Assembly (NCBI GenBank): GCA_964541155.1
Contig: CAZIPC010000002.1
Coordinates: 71,919-135,918, forward strand
Length of the DNA stretch: 64,000 nucleotides
Source of the DNA: an uncultured Flavobacterium sp.
GTDB taxonomy: Bacteria; Bacteroidota; Bacteroidia; B-17B0; Aurantibacillaceae
Direction of reading: 5' to 3'
Made by a program: the position numbers and the translations under genes. Numbering within the stretch: the first letter of the stretch is position 1; each line of letters starts with the position of its first letter. Below are positions 9,908 through 19,640 of the stretch, piece after piece. The notes under the pieces were generated by a model. The model searched no databases, was not told the origin of the DNA, and saw only the letters and a list, made by a program, of their open reading frames with translations.

Positions 9908-10939
9908 ATGAAATTATTAATCTTAATCGGACTTGTACTATTAATCATTGCTGTCCACCAATTAATGCGCGTTGTTGAATTATCACGTCAATTTAAAAAA
10001 GGCCATGAATGGACAGTAAGTGATAGTGATAATAAATTTAATGGAAAAGCCATGTTAGCTTTTGGTTTTGTATTTATAGGATTTTTCTTTTGGCAAATAA
10101 ATCGTTGGGGAGATAATGCATTACCAGGCGCTGCATCTGTTCATGGATTAAAAGTTGATGCATTATGGAATTACAATATTTACTTAATATCATTTGTGTT
10201 TGTTGTAACAAATGCTTTTTTATTTTATTTCTCATATAAATACACTGGTAAAAAAGGTATAAAAGCAACTTTCTTTGCACATGATAATAGATTAGAAATG
10301 CTTTGGACAATTGTACCAGCTGTAACACTAGCATTTATTATTATTTTTGGTTTAAAGTATTGGAATGATATTACAACACGTTCTGTTGATGAAAACAAAG
10401 TTGTTGTTGAATTATATGCAAAACAATTTGATTGGACTGCTAGATATCCTGGAAATGATAAAATATTAGGGTCTACAGATTATCGTCAAATTGATGGTGG
10501 AAATTCTGTTGGACTAGACACATTGGATGCAACATGTTTTGATGACATCATTGTTAAAAATGAATTTCATATTCCAGTAAATAAAGAAATTGAATTTAAA
10601 ATGCGTTCAAGAGATGTAATACACTCTGCTTATATGCCTCACTTTCGCGCACAAATGAACTGTGTGCCAGGTATGGTTACATCATTTAAATTTACACCAA
10701 ATAAAACAACAGCCGAAATGCGTAAAGACCCATATGTAATTCAATTAATGGCTGGAATTAATGAAGCTCGCGCTAAGAAAGGTGAAGAGCCAGTAGAGTT
10801 CGACTACACTTTATTATGTAATAAAATTTGTGGAGCATCACATTATAATATGCAAATGACTATTGTTGTAGAAAGTGAAAAAGACTACAAAGCATGGTTA
10901 GGAAAACAAAAAGCAGTTAAAGTAATAGCTGCGAAATAA
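9908..10939 (+). CDS. ctaC: cytochrome c oxidase subunit II (CuA subunit, no fused cytochrome c domain)
   Basis: Two N-terminal TM helices. CuA-type ligand pattern DVIHSAYMPHF ... CNKICGASHYNM. Confidence 0.85.
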   Translation: MKLLILIGLVLLIIAVHQLMRVVELSRQFKKGHEWTVSDSDNKFNGKAMLAFGFVFIGFFFWQINRWGDNALPGAASVHGLKVDALWNYNIYLISFVFVVTNAFLFYFSYKYTGKKGIKATFFAHDNRLEMLWTIVPAVTLAFIIIFGLKYWNDITTRSVDENKVVVELYAKQFDWTARYPGNDKILGSTDYRQIDGGNSVGLDTLDATCFDDIIVKNEFHIPVNKEIEFKMRSRDVIHSAYMPHFRAQMNCVPGMVTSFKFTPNKTTAEMRKDPYVIQLMAGINEARAKKGEEPVEFDYTLLCNKICGASHYNMQMTIVVESEKDYKAWLGKQKAVKVIAAK

Positions 10940-10984
10940 TATATTAAAATAAAAAATTGTTGTACTAAAATAAAACAATAAAAA

Positions 10985-12805
10985 ATGGCAAACGCACATT
11001 CAGCAGATTTAACAGAACACGTAGGACACCACGGACACGCTCATGAACATGATGAGCATGAAGAAAGTTTTGTGAGTAAATACATATTTAGTATGGATCA
11101 TAAAATGATATCTCGTCAATTTTTAATCACAGCTATTGTAATGGCTGTAATTGCAATGACAATGTCTATTATATTTCGTATGCAATTAGCTTGGCCTGGT
11201 GAAAAATTCGCTTTCATTAACGCTATGCTAGGAGATAAATGGGGAAAAGACGGTGTTCTAGACCCAAATATGTATTTGGCATTGGTTACAATACATGGAA
11301 CAATTATGGTGTTTTTTGTATTAACAGGTGGGTTAAGCGGAACTTTCGCTAATTTATTAATCCCTTACCAAATTGGTGCTCGAGACATGGCATCTGGTTT
11401 TTTAAATATGTTATCTTACTGGTTCTTCTTTTTATCAAGTGTAATTATGTTAGGGTCTTTATTTATAGAAGATGGCCCAGCTTCAGGAGGTTGGACAATT
11501 TATCCACCACTATCAGCACTACCAGAAGCAATGCCTGGTTCTAAACTAGGAATGACATTATGGTTAATTTCAATGACTCTTTTTGTTGTTTCGTCTTTAT
11601 TAGGCGGTATTAACTACATAGTTACAATTATTAACTTACGTACAAAAGGGTTAAAAATGACTCGTATGCCACTAACAATGTGGGCATTATTAATAACTGC
11701 AATTTTAGGATTATTGTCGTTTCCTGTTTTAGTGTCTTGTGTAGTATTATTAATATGTGATAGAAGTTTAGGAACTAGTTTCTACTTATCAGATATTTAT
11801 ATTGGAGGCCGTCCTTTAGATAACGTAGGTGGTAGTCCCGTATTATTTGAGCACTTATTTTGGTTTTTAGGTCACCCAGAAGTTTATATTGTATTATTAC
11901 CAGCGTTAGGTATTACTTCTGAAATTATATCTACTAACTCTCGTAAACCAATTTTTGGTTATAGAGCAATGATTGGTTCTATGTTAGCAATAGGATTTTT
12001 ATCATTTATTGTTTGGGGACACCATATGTATTTAACTGGTATGAATCCATTTTTAGGATCTGTGTTTGTATTTACAACATTATTAATTGCAATTCCTTCT
12101 GCTGTTAAAGCATTTAACTACATCACAACGTTATGGAAAGGTAATATTCAATATACACCAGCAATGTTGTTTTCTATAGGCTTAGTTTCTTCGTTTGTTA
12201 CTGGTGGTGTTACAGGTATTATATTAGCTGATTCAACATTAGATATTAGTGTACATGACACATATTTTGTGGTAGCTCACTTTCATATCGTAATGGGATT
12301 AAGTGCTATCTTTGGAATGTTTGCTGGTGTATATCACTGGTTCCCAAAAATGTTCTTACGAATGATGAATAAAAAACTTGGCTATTTACATTTTTGGGTA
12401 ACATTTGTTTCGGCATATGGAGTTTTCTTCCCAATGCATTTTCTTGGTATTGCTGGTGTGCCACGCCGTTATTATACAAATAGTGCATTTCCTATGTTTG
12501 ATAACTTAGTAGATATTAATGAAATTGTTACTGTATTTGCAATTATTGCAGCTCTTGCTCAATTTATTTTCATCTTTAACTTCTTTTACAGTATGTTCCG
12601 TGGCGAAAAAGCGCCTCAAAATCCTTGGAATTCAAATACATTAGAATGGACAACGCCTATGGCAAATATTCATGGTAACTGGCCAGGAGCTTTACCAGTA
12701 GTTCATCGTTGGGCGTATGATTATAGTAAGCCAGGTGCAGAACATGATTTTATTCCACAAACTGTTCCGCTAGGCGAAGGCGAACATGATGGTGGTGGAC
12801 ACTAA
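10985..12805 (+). CDS. ctaD: cytochrome c oxidase subunit I (haem-copper oxidase catalytic subunit)
   Basis: 606 aa. Canonical HCO blocks (WFLGHPEVYIVLLP, VWGHHMY, HFHIVMG). His-rich N-terminus. Confidence 0.95.
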   Translation: MANAHSADLTEHVGHHGHAHEHDEHEESFVSKYIFSMDHKMISRQFLITAIVMAVIAMTMSIIFRMQLAWPGEKFAFINAMLGDKWGKDGVLDPNMYLALVTIHGTIMVFFVLTGGLSGTFANLLIPYQIGARDMASGFLNMLSYWFFFLSSVIMLGSLFIEDGPASGGWTIYPPLSALPEAMPGSKLGMTLWLISMTLFVVSSLLGGINYIVTIINLRTKGLKMTRMPLTMWALLITAILGLLSFPVLVSCVVLLICDRSLGTSFYLSDIYIGGRPLDNVGGSPVLFEHLFWFLGHPEVYIVLLPALGITSEIISTNSRKPIFGYRAMIGSMLAIGFLSFIVWGHHMYLTGMNPFLGSVFVFTTLLIAIPSAVKAFNYITTLWKGNIQYTPAMLFSIGLVSSFVTGGVTGIILADSTLDISVHDTYFVVAHFHIVMGLSAIFGMFAGVYHWFPKMFLRMMNKKLGYLHFWVTFVSAYGVFFPMHFLGIAGVPRRYYTNSAFPMFDNLVDINEIVTVFAIIAALAQFIFIFNFFYSMFRGEKAPQNPWNSNTLEWTTPMANIHGNWPGALPVVHRWAYDYSKPGAEHDFIPQTVPLGEGEHDGGGH

Positions 12806-12811
12806 AAAAAT

Positions 12812-12842
12812 AAAAAAGCTCCTAAATATAGGGGCTTTTTTT
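12812..12842. terminator. bidirectional rho-independent terminator between convergent genes
   Basis: AAAAGCTCC / GGGGCTTTT stem with one G-U pair and an 8-nt loop. A-run on the left and T-run on the right. Confidence 0.65.
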
Positions 12843-12862
12843 ATATAGAATAAATAACATGT

Positions 12863-13999
12863 TTATGATTTTTTAAAATGATTATATATAGTATTAATAA
12901 ATCCCCAGCCTATATTTTTAAGATTTGCTTCTGTAGCCATGATAAGAATAACATCATTTTCTAAAACCTCTTGTTTAATATTTAAATTCTCGGTGTATAC
13001 TATTTTTTTTGCGCTCTCAGGAAAAACCTCTTTATTATAATACCAAAAATGAGTTTTATTAAAACAGTTTGATATTCCAAAATTATACATACCCCAAAAA
13101 AAACTATCTGATATTACTAAAAGATTAGGTCTGTATAATTTTTGATCATTTGAAATTAAAATCTTTGGGTAAGCCATATCAAATCCTTTTAAATCAAAAA
13201 ACAAATTCATGCCATCTCCTATATCGCAATCTTCTTCTTGTGGACTATTAATTTCTATCTTATTAAAAGTAATATTTGGGATGTTGCATCCTCTTAATTG
13301 TTCAATTTTTTTTATGATAGAGTCTGCAGCCAATACCATACCATATTTACTCCAATGAATGCCATGTTTTGGAAACAAAGGATATTTAGATTTAAATTTA
13401 TTTTGAAGAAACCAGTTATTAAAATCAATAATATTTAACCCTATTTTATTAGCGCCAGAAGACAATAATTTATAATTAGTATTATCAGGAATTGGTTTCT
13501 TAAAATTATCAGGAAAATATTCGGGATAAAATGATGCCTTACCAGGCGCAAAAACAACGATTATACTTTTATGTAGTTTTTCTAAAGTATCTGTTACATA
13601 TTTTAATTGGTATAAAATTTTATTAATACTATCTCTTCCTATAAAATCAATTCCATTATAGGCATCTATATATGATTTTTCAAACAATACATTGTTTTTG
13701 CCAATAATAACTCCATTTGCATTAGCAACATTAAATAATACATAATCTATTTGATTATGTATTCTAATAAAAGAACTTCTGAATCCAAAAACAGCATTTA
13801 AATATGAGTCTTCTTGTTTTTGATACGAAGAAGAAAACCAATTATCTATAGTAAATTCAACTGACGTGGGCTGTGTTATAGCTCCTTTTAGCGGTTTTAA
13901 TTTAATAATTCCAAATAAAGATTGAAAAAGCGGCAAAAAAAAACATATTATTATTACTAATAATAAACCGTATTTGTACCTATTTGATGACTTGTTCAT
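12863..13999 (-). CDS. membrane-anchored hypothetical protein, possibly AlgJ/AlgX/DHHW-like SGNH-fold acyltransferase accessory protein
   Basis: N-terminal signal anchor (YGLLLVIIICFFLPLF). GIHWSKYG resembles the DxHW block of AlgJ-type proteins, but the Asp is not conserved. Confidence 0.4.
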   Translation of the reverse strand: MNKSSNRYKYGLLLVIIICFFLPLFQSLFGIIKLKPLKGAITQPTSVEFTIDNWFSSSYQKQEDSYLNAVFGFRSSFIRIHNQIDYVLFNVANANGVIIGKNNVLFEKSYIDAYNGIDFIGRDSINKILYQLKYVTDTLEKLHKSIIVVFAPGKASFYPEYFPDNFKKPIPDNTNYKLLSSGANKIGLNIIDFNNWFLQNKFKSKYPLFPKHGIHWSKYGMVLAADSIIKKIEQLRGCNIPNITFNKIEINSPQEEDCDIGDGMNLFFDLKGFDMAYPKILISNDQKLYRPNLLVISDSFFWGMYNFGISNCFNKTHFWYYNKEVFPESAKKIVYTENLNIKQEVLENDVILIMATEANLKNIGWGFINTIYNHFKKS

Positions 14000-14035
14000 T
14001 AAAAAAAATAATTATACTGTAAATAAAATTATATC

Positions 14036-14043
14036 AAAATTAA
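14036..14043 (-). promoter_or_regulatory. -7 box TAATTTTG (minus strand) upstream of the 12863..13999 gene
   Basis: The plus strand reads CAAAATTA. It lies 36 nt upstream of the start codon. Confidence 0.4.
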
Positions 14044-14141
14044 TAAAACTAGATTTAGTAATTTTGATTTAATTTAAATAAATATTTATTATTAACTCTC
14101 TGAATATATCTCCAGCAAAAGAACAAGATTTTGAAATTATT

Positions 14142-14525
14142 TTGAATTTCATAAATCTGTATGCCCTTGATAACCGCGACCCGCACTATTCTCAGTTTTT
14201 AGTAGCTAAATATAATAACACCATTGTAGGCTTTGCAAGAATTAGAAAACATAAAGGATGTGATGAATTTTGTTCGTTAGGCGTTGTTGAAAAAAACAGA
14301 TTTAATGGCATTGCTAAGCAGCTTATTGAGGCCAGATTAAAAATAGCGACCCAACCAATTTTTTTAGTTTGTGTTATTCCGAATTATTTTAAGAAAATGG
14401 GATTTGTTGTCACAAAAAATTACCCTCCCGAAATAGCCGATAAATTAAATTATTGTAACTCAGAACTAAATGTTCCAGAAAAATATGTAGTAATGACTTA
14501 CGTTAAGAATAAAGAGTTAAAATAA
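14142..14525 (+). CDS. GNAT family N-acetyltransferase (start codon uncertain; homology appears to extend upstream to about 14082)
   Basis: GNAT core (FLVAKYNNTIVGFARI, LGVVEKNRFNGIAKQLIE, YFKKMGF). The in-frame upstream codons encode INSLNISPAKEQDFEII, a typical GNAT beta-1/alpha-1 segment. Confidence 0.7.
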   Translation: MNFINLYALDNRDPHYSQFLVAKYNNTIVGFARIRKHKGCDEFCSLGVVEKNRFNGIAKQLIEARLKIATQPIFLVCVIPNYFKKMGFVVTKNYPPEIADKLNYCNSELNVPEKYVVMTYVKNKELK

Positions 14526-14557
14526 AATTATACTTTTACACTCATATTTATATTGTT

Positions 14558-15619
14558 ATGGGTTACATTATTTCAGGCATACAACAACTAGGCGTTGGGA
14601 ATACAAACGTTCAAGAAACTTTTAAATGGTACCGTCAGGCTTTTGGAACTGATATAAAAATATTTGAAGAAGCCGCAATGGCCGAATTAATGTTACCATA
14701 TACGGCTAACATGCCTCACGCGCGTCATGCAATTTTAGCTATTAGTATGAACGGTGGGGGTGGTTTTGAAATATGGCAATATACAAGCAGACAAGCACAA
14801 GAAACAGCCTTTAAAATTCAATTAGGAGACTTAGGTATTTTTGCTGGGAAAATAAAATCGTATAATATTAATGCATCTTTTACACACCTAAAAAATTATG
14901 GGGCAAAAATTCTAACCCAAATAACAACTGCTCCTGACGGTAGAAAGCATTTTTATATTACTGATTTATGGGGGAATGTATTCGAAATAATTGAAGAAAC
15001 ATCATCTTGGTATCAACAAAAAAATTTCTCAACTGGTGGTGTTTTAGGAGCCACAATAGGCGTAACAGATATTGATAAATCTATTGAATTATATAAAACA
15101 GTATTAGGATTTGATAAAATTGTAAGTGATATAACCAATATATTTACAGACTGGCAAGGTGTTGAAGGTTCTCAAAAAAAATTTAGAAGAGTAGTATTAA
15201 GAAATAGCTCTCCAAGAGAGGGCAGTTTTGGGCCATTACTAGGTGATAATGAAATTGAATTAATACAAGCTTTTGATTATACACCACATAAAATTTTTGA
15301 AAACAGATTATGGGGAGATTGTGGTTTTATTCATTTATGCTTTGATATCAAAAATATGAAAGCCCTAGAAGAAGCATGTAAAAAAGCTGGCCATCCATTT
15401 ACTGTAGATGGTGGTGCTGGTTTTGAAATGGGAGAAGCTGCTGGTCATTTTACATATATAGAAGATGCAGATGGAACGCTAATTGAATTCGTAGAAACTA
15501 AAAAACTACCTATTATAAAAAAATTAGGATGGTATTTAGATTTAAGAAAACGAGATCCTAAAAAAGCATTACCAAACTTTATTTTAAAAGCTTTACAATT
15601 TAGTAGAGTTAAACACTAA
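14558..15619 (+). CDS. VOC (glyoxalase/bleomycin resistance/dioxygenase) superfamily protein with two VOC modules
   Basis: Two repeats of a VOC-like beta-alpha-beta-beta-beta pattern (e.g. GATIGVTDIDKSIELYKTVLGF ... DADGTLIEFVE). Confidence 0.6.
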   Translation: MGYIISGIQQLGVGNTNVQETFKWYRQAFGTDIKIFEEAAMAELMLPYTANMPHARHAILAISMNGGGGFEIWQYTSRQAQETAFKIQLGDLGIFAGKIKSYNINASFTHLKNYGAKILTQITTAPDGRKHFYITDLWGNVFEIIEETSSWYQQKNFSTGGVLGATIGVTDIDKSIELYKTVLGFDKIVSDITNIFTDWQGVEGSQKKFRRVVLRNSSPREGSFGPLLGDNEIELIQAFDYTPHKIFENRLWGDCGFIHLCFDIKNMKALEEACKKAGHPFTVDGGAGFEMGEAAGHFTYIEDADGTLIEFVETKKLPIIKKLGWYLDLRKRDPKKALPNFILKALQFSRVKH

Positions 15620-15685
15620 ATAAATTAACTCCCAAATAAAATTAATTTTATACGCTAATTTTGTATTAAACTATTCTAAAAAACA

Positions 15686-15717
15686 TTTGTTTACATACCA
15701 TAAAAATGGTACTTTTG
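15686..15717 (+). promoter_or_regulatory. Bacteroidota sigma-A type promoter of the suf operon (-33 TTTG and -7 TACTTTTG)
   Basis: TTTG at 15686-15689 and TACTTTTG at 15710-15717, separated by 20 nt. About 66 nt upstream of the first suf-cluster ATG. Confidence 0.55.
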
Positions 15718-15783
15718 TTTTTCGTTTAGAATTAATCTAATTAAGAATAAGCTTCAAGTAACTAATAACTAATTACTTACAAA

Positions 15784-16110
15784 ATGATAACAGTTAGTAA
15801 TGCGGCCAAAGAGCACGCAATTAATTTAATAAAAGAAGAAAATAAACCCGCTGATACATTTATTAGAGTTGGTGTTGATGGCGGAGGGTGTTCAGGCTTA
15901 ATGTATAATTTAACTTTTGACAATATATTAAAAGAAGGAGATCAACTATTTGAAAATAATGGCATTAAAGTGGTGGTTGATCGTAAAAGTTTTTTATACC
16001 TAGTAGGTACTGAATTAGACTATAGCGGCGGCCTAAACGGAAAAGGCTTCACCTTTAAAAATCCTAACGCTTCGCGTACTTGCGGTTGCGGAGAATCGTT
16101 TTCTGTTTAA
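15784..16110 (+). CDS. A-type iron-sulfur cluster carrier (HesB/IscA/SufA family)
   Basis: 108 aa. Conserved Cys in GGGCSG and a C-terminal CGCGESF motif. Confidence 0.9.
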   Translation: MITVSNAAKEHAINLIKEENKPADTFIRVGVDGGGCSGLMYNLTFDNILKEGDQLFENNGIKVVVDRKSFLYLVGTELDYSGGLNGKGFTFKNPNASRTCGCGESFSV

Positions 16111-16130
16111 TAATTTTTTAGCATACAATA

Positions 16131-17582
16131 ATGGCAAACGAAATTCTTGAAGAACATATCAATAAAGATTATGAATGGGGCTTTACAACCAATATTGATG
16201 CTGATGAAGCACCAAAGGGTTTAAGTGAAGATATTATTCGTTTTATTTCTGCTAAAAAAAATGAACCAGAATGGTTGTTGGAATTTCGACTAAAAGCGTA
16301 TCGAAATTGGCTAAACATGATAGAACCTGAGTGGGCCCATGTATCCTACTCTAAACCTAATTTTCAGGATATTATTTACTATTCTGCTCCTAAGCCTAAA
16401 AAAGAATTAGCAAGCTTAGATGAAGTAGACCCTGAATTATTAAAAACATTTGAAAAACTTGGTATATCTTTAGAAGAACAAAAACGCTTAAGCGGAGTAC
16501 AAAATAACATAGCCGTTGATGTTGTTTTTGATAGTGTTTCAGTAAAAACAACTTTTAAAGAAACATTAGCAGAAAAAGGTATTATTTTTTGTTCATTTAG
16601 CGAAGCAGTTCACGATCATCCTGAATTAGTAAAAAAATATATGGGTATGGCCGTACCCCCAACAGATAATTTTTATGCTGCATTAAATTCGGCAGTATTT
16701 ACAGACGGATCATTTTGTTATATTCCAAAAGGTGTTCGTTCTCCAATGGAGCTATCAACATACTTTCGAATTAATGCTAGCGGTACTGGTCAGTTTGAAC
16801 GCACATTAATTATTGCTGATGAAGACGCTTATGTATCATACTTAGAGGGATGTACTGCTCCACAACGAGATGAAAACCAACTTCACGCTGCTGTTGTAGA
16901 AATTATTACTCATAAAAATGCTGAAGTAAAATATAGTACTGTTCAAAATTGGTATCCTGGTGATAAAGACGGAAAGGGTGGAATATTTAATTTTGTAACA
17001 AAGCGTGGAATTTGTTTAGAAGATAATTCTAAAATTAGCTGGACACAAGTAGAAACGGGATCTGCAGTAACTTGGAAGTATCCTTCTGTAATTTTAAAAG
17101 GCAATAACTCTGTTGGAGAATTTTACTCGGTAGCTGTAACTAATAACCATCAGCAAGCTGACACAGGAACAAAAATGATTCACATTGGAAAAAACACTCG
17201 TTCTACCATTATATCAAAAGGTATTTCTGCAGGCTTTAGTAATAATAGTTACAGAGGCCTAGTGCAAATTAAAAAAGGAGCTAACAATGCACGTAACTTT
17301 TCACAATGTGATAGTTTATTGATGGGTGATAAATGTGGGGCTCACACTTTCCCATATATTGAAATTAAAGATAAATCAGGGGTTGTTGAGCACGAAGCAA
17401 CTACTAGTAAAATTGGAGAAGACCAATTGTTTTATTGCAAGCAGCGCGGGATTGATAATGAAAAGGCCATTAGTTTAATTGTAAATGGATACTGTAAAGA
17501 AGTATTAAACAAACTACCAATGGAGTTTGCGGTTGAAGCACAAAAATTATTAGCAATTAGTTTAGAAGGATCAGTAGGATAA
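16131..17582 (+). CDS. sufB: Fe-S cluster assembly protein SufB
   Basis: 483 aa. Typical SufB blocks ([39 protein letters not shown]). Confidence 0.95.
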   Translation: MANEILEEHINKDYEWGFTTNIDADEAPKGLSEDIIRFISAKKNEPEWLLEFRLKAYRNWLNMIEPEWAHVSYSKPNFQDIIYYSAPKPKKELASLDEVDPELLKTFEKLGISLEEQKRLSGVQNNIAVDVVFDSVSVKTTFKETLAEKGIIFCSFSEAVHDHPELVKKYMGMAVPPTDNFYAALNSAVFTDGSFCYIPKGVRSPMELSTYFRINASGTGQFERTLIIADEDAYVSYLEGCTAPQRDENQLHAAVVEIITHKNAEVKYSTVQNWYPGDKDGKGGIFNFVTKRGICLEDNSKISWTQVETGSAVTWKYPSVILKGNNSVGEFYSVAVTNNHQQADTGTKMIHIGKNTRSTIISKGISAGFSNNSYRGLVQIKKGANNARNFSQCDSLLMGDKCGAHTFPYIEIKDKSGVVEHEATTSKIGEDQLFYCKQRGIDNEKAISLIVNGYCKEVLNKLPMEFAVEAQKLLAISLEGSVG

Positions 17583-17588
17583 AATATT

Positions 17589-18347
17589 ATGATATCAATA
17601 AAAAATTTACATGCCTCAATTGGTGATAAACAAATATTAAGAGGAATTAATTTAGAAGTAAAAGCAGGAGAAGTTCATGCTATCATGGGGCCAAACGGTT
17701 CTGGAAAATCAACATTATCAAGCGTATTAGCTGGTCGTGAAGATTATGATATTACTGATGGAGAGGTAATATTTAATGGAAAAAATTTATTGGATTTATC
17801 TGCAGAAGATAGAGCACGCGAAGGCTTATTTTTAGCATTTCAATACCCTATAGAAATTCCTGGTGTTAGTAATATTAATTTCTTACGTACAGCGTTAAAC
17901 GAAATTAGAGCTTACCATGGTGATGAAGAAATAACAGCTAAAGATTTTTTAGCGTTAGTAAAAGAAAAATCAAAATTAGTGGAATTAGATGCTAAATTAG
18001 CTAGCCGCAGTGTAAATGAAGGTTTTAGTGGAGGAGAGAAAAAACGAAACGAGATTTTTCAAATGGCAATGTTAAATCCTAAACTAGCCATACTAGACGA
18101 AACAGATAGCGGTTTAGATATTGACGCTTTACGCATTGTAGCAACAGGTGTTAATAAATTAAAATCAAAAGATAATGCAACTATCGTAATTACTCACTAC
18201 CAACGTTTGTTAGATTATATTGTTCCTGATTTTGTCCATATACTTTATAAAGGCAGAATTGTAAAAAGCGGCGGAAAAGAATTAGCATTAGAAATGGAAG
18301 CTAAAGGATATGATGAAATTAAAAAAGAATTTGAAATAGCCGATTAA
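17589..18347 (+). CDS. sufC: Fe-S cluster assembly ATPase SufC
   Basis: Walker A GPNGSGKST, signature FSGGEKKRNEI, Walker B LAILDETDSGLD. Confidence 0.95.
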   Translation: MISIKNLHASIGDKQILRGINLEVKAGEVHAIMGPNGSGKSTLSSVLAGREDYDITDGEVIFNGKNLLDLSAEDRAREGLFLAFQYPIEIPGVSNINFLRTALNEIRAYHGDEEITAKDFLALVKEKSKLVELDAKLASRSVNEGFSGGEKKRNEIFQMAMLNPKLAILDETDSGLDIDALRIVATGVNKLKSKDNATIVITHYQRLLDYIVPDFVHILYKGRIVKSGGKELALEMEAKGYDEIKKEFEIAD

Positions 18348-18348
18348 T

Positions 18349-19638
18349 ATGTCGTTAGTAGTAGATAATAAAAGCATTGTAACACAAAATTTACTAGAGC
18401 AATTACAAAAAAAATCTAGTAAAATTGCCTTTATGCCTGATGATGAAATTATTTCTGCTATCAGATATTTAGAAAATAAAGGTATTCCTAATAACAAGCA
18501 CGAAGACTATAAATACTGTAATATCGAAGCGATTCTTCGTAAAGAATTTAAATCCATTGAACAAACATTTAATGAATTAACTAACACTGATATCACTTCT
18601 CTTAAAATTGATGAGGCTATTAATTTAGTAGTTGTGAATGGTATTTATAATAAGGCTTTGAGTGAAAAAATGATTGTGAAAGGGTTAACAGTAAACTCAT
18701 TAAACAAATTGTCTCATTCTGAAAAAACATTATTATGCTCTTTAGCAAAATCAAATACCGATGCGTTAATTGCATTAAACACCGCATTTGCTTCAAACGG
18801 TTTGTTTTTACAAGTAGATAAAAACAATATTATTCCAATGCCACTGCATATAATATACGTTAATAGCGGTAATGCCAATTTTGTAACCAACACCCGCAGT
18901 TTTATTAATATTGAAAAAAATGCGCAAGTAACATTAATTGAAAGCTTTTACAATATTGGTTCAGCAAAAGTGTTTTCAAATTTTGTTGGAGAAAAATTTG
19001 TTGGAGAAAATGCAAAACTTACGTGTCATACTTTTCAAAACGAAGGCGCTTTATCTTATTCAGTTAATACAAATCAAGTAAAGATTAATAAGTACTCTAG
19101 CTACTCAAATACAACAATGACCTTGAGCGGAGAGTTAGTGCGTAACAATCACAACGTAGTTTTAGCAGATTCTAATTGTGAAGCTCATTTAAATGGTTTG
19201 TATATTTCAAGTGGCACTCAGCAAATTGATAATCATACTTTAATTGATCATCAAATGCCACATTGCGAAAGTAATGAGCTATATAAAGGTATTGCAAAAG
19301 ATAAATCTACTGGAACATTTAATGGTAAAATATTTGTTCGTAAAGATGCTCAAAAAACAAATGCCTATCAAAGCAGTAAAAATATTTTAATGAGTGACGA
19401 CGCAACCGTTAACACAAAACCTCAATTAGAAATTTATGCAGACGATGTAAAATGCTCTCACGGCACCTCAACTGGGAAAATAGACACAGAAGCATTGTTT
19501 TATTTAAAAGCCAGAGGAATTGGAGAAGAAAGCGCCCGTAAATTATTACTACAAGCTTTTGCTCAAGAATTAATTGACAAAATCGAAATCCCCTCTTTAC
19601 AAGAAAAAGTATTGACTTTATTTGAAAAAGCTCTTTAA
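18349..19638 (+). CDS. sufD: Fe-S cluster assembly protein SufD
   Basis: 429 aa. SufB/D-type C-terminal beta-helix region (TKPQLEIYADDVKCSHGTSTG). Gene order sufB-C-D. Confidence 0.9.
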   Translation: MSLVVDNKSIVTQNLLEQLQKKSSKIAFMPDDEIISAIRYLENKGIPNNKHEDYKYCNIEAILRKEFKSIEQTFNELTNTDITSLKIDEAINLVVVNGIYNKALSEKMIVKGLTVNSLNKLSHSEKTLLCSLAKSNTDALIALNTAFASNGLFLQVDKNNIIPMPLHIIYVNSGNANFVTNTRSFINIEKNAQVTLIESFYNIGSAKVFSNFVGEKFVGENAKLTCHTFQNEGALSYSVNTNQVKINKYSSYSNTTMTLSGELVRNNHNVVLADSNCEAHLNGLYISSGTQQIDNHTLIDHQMPHCESNELYKGIAKDKSTGTFNGKIFVRKDAQKTNAYQSSKNILMSDDATVNTKPQLEIYADDVKCSHGTSTGKIDTEALFYLKARGIGEESARKLLLQAFAQELIDKIEIPSLQEKVLTLFEKAL

Positions 19639-19640
19639 TT

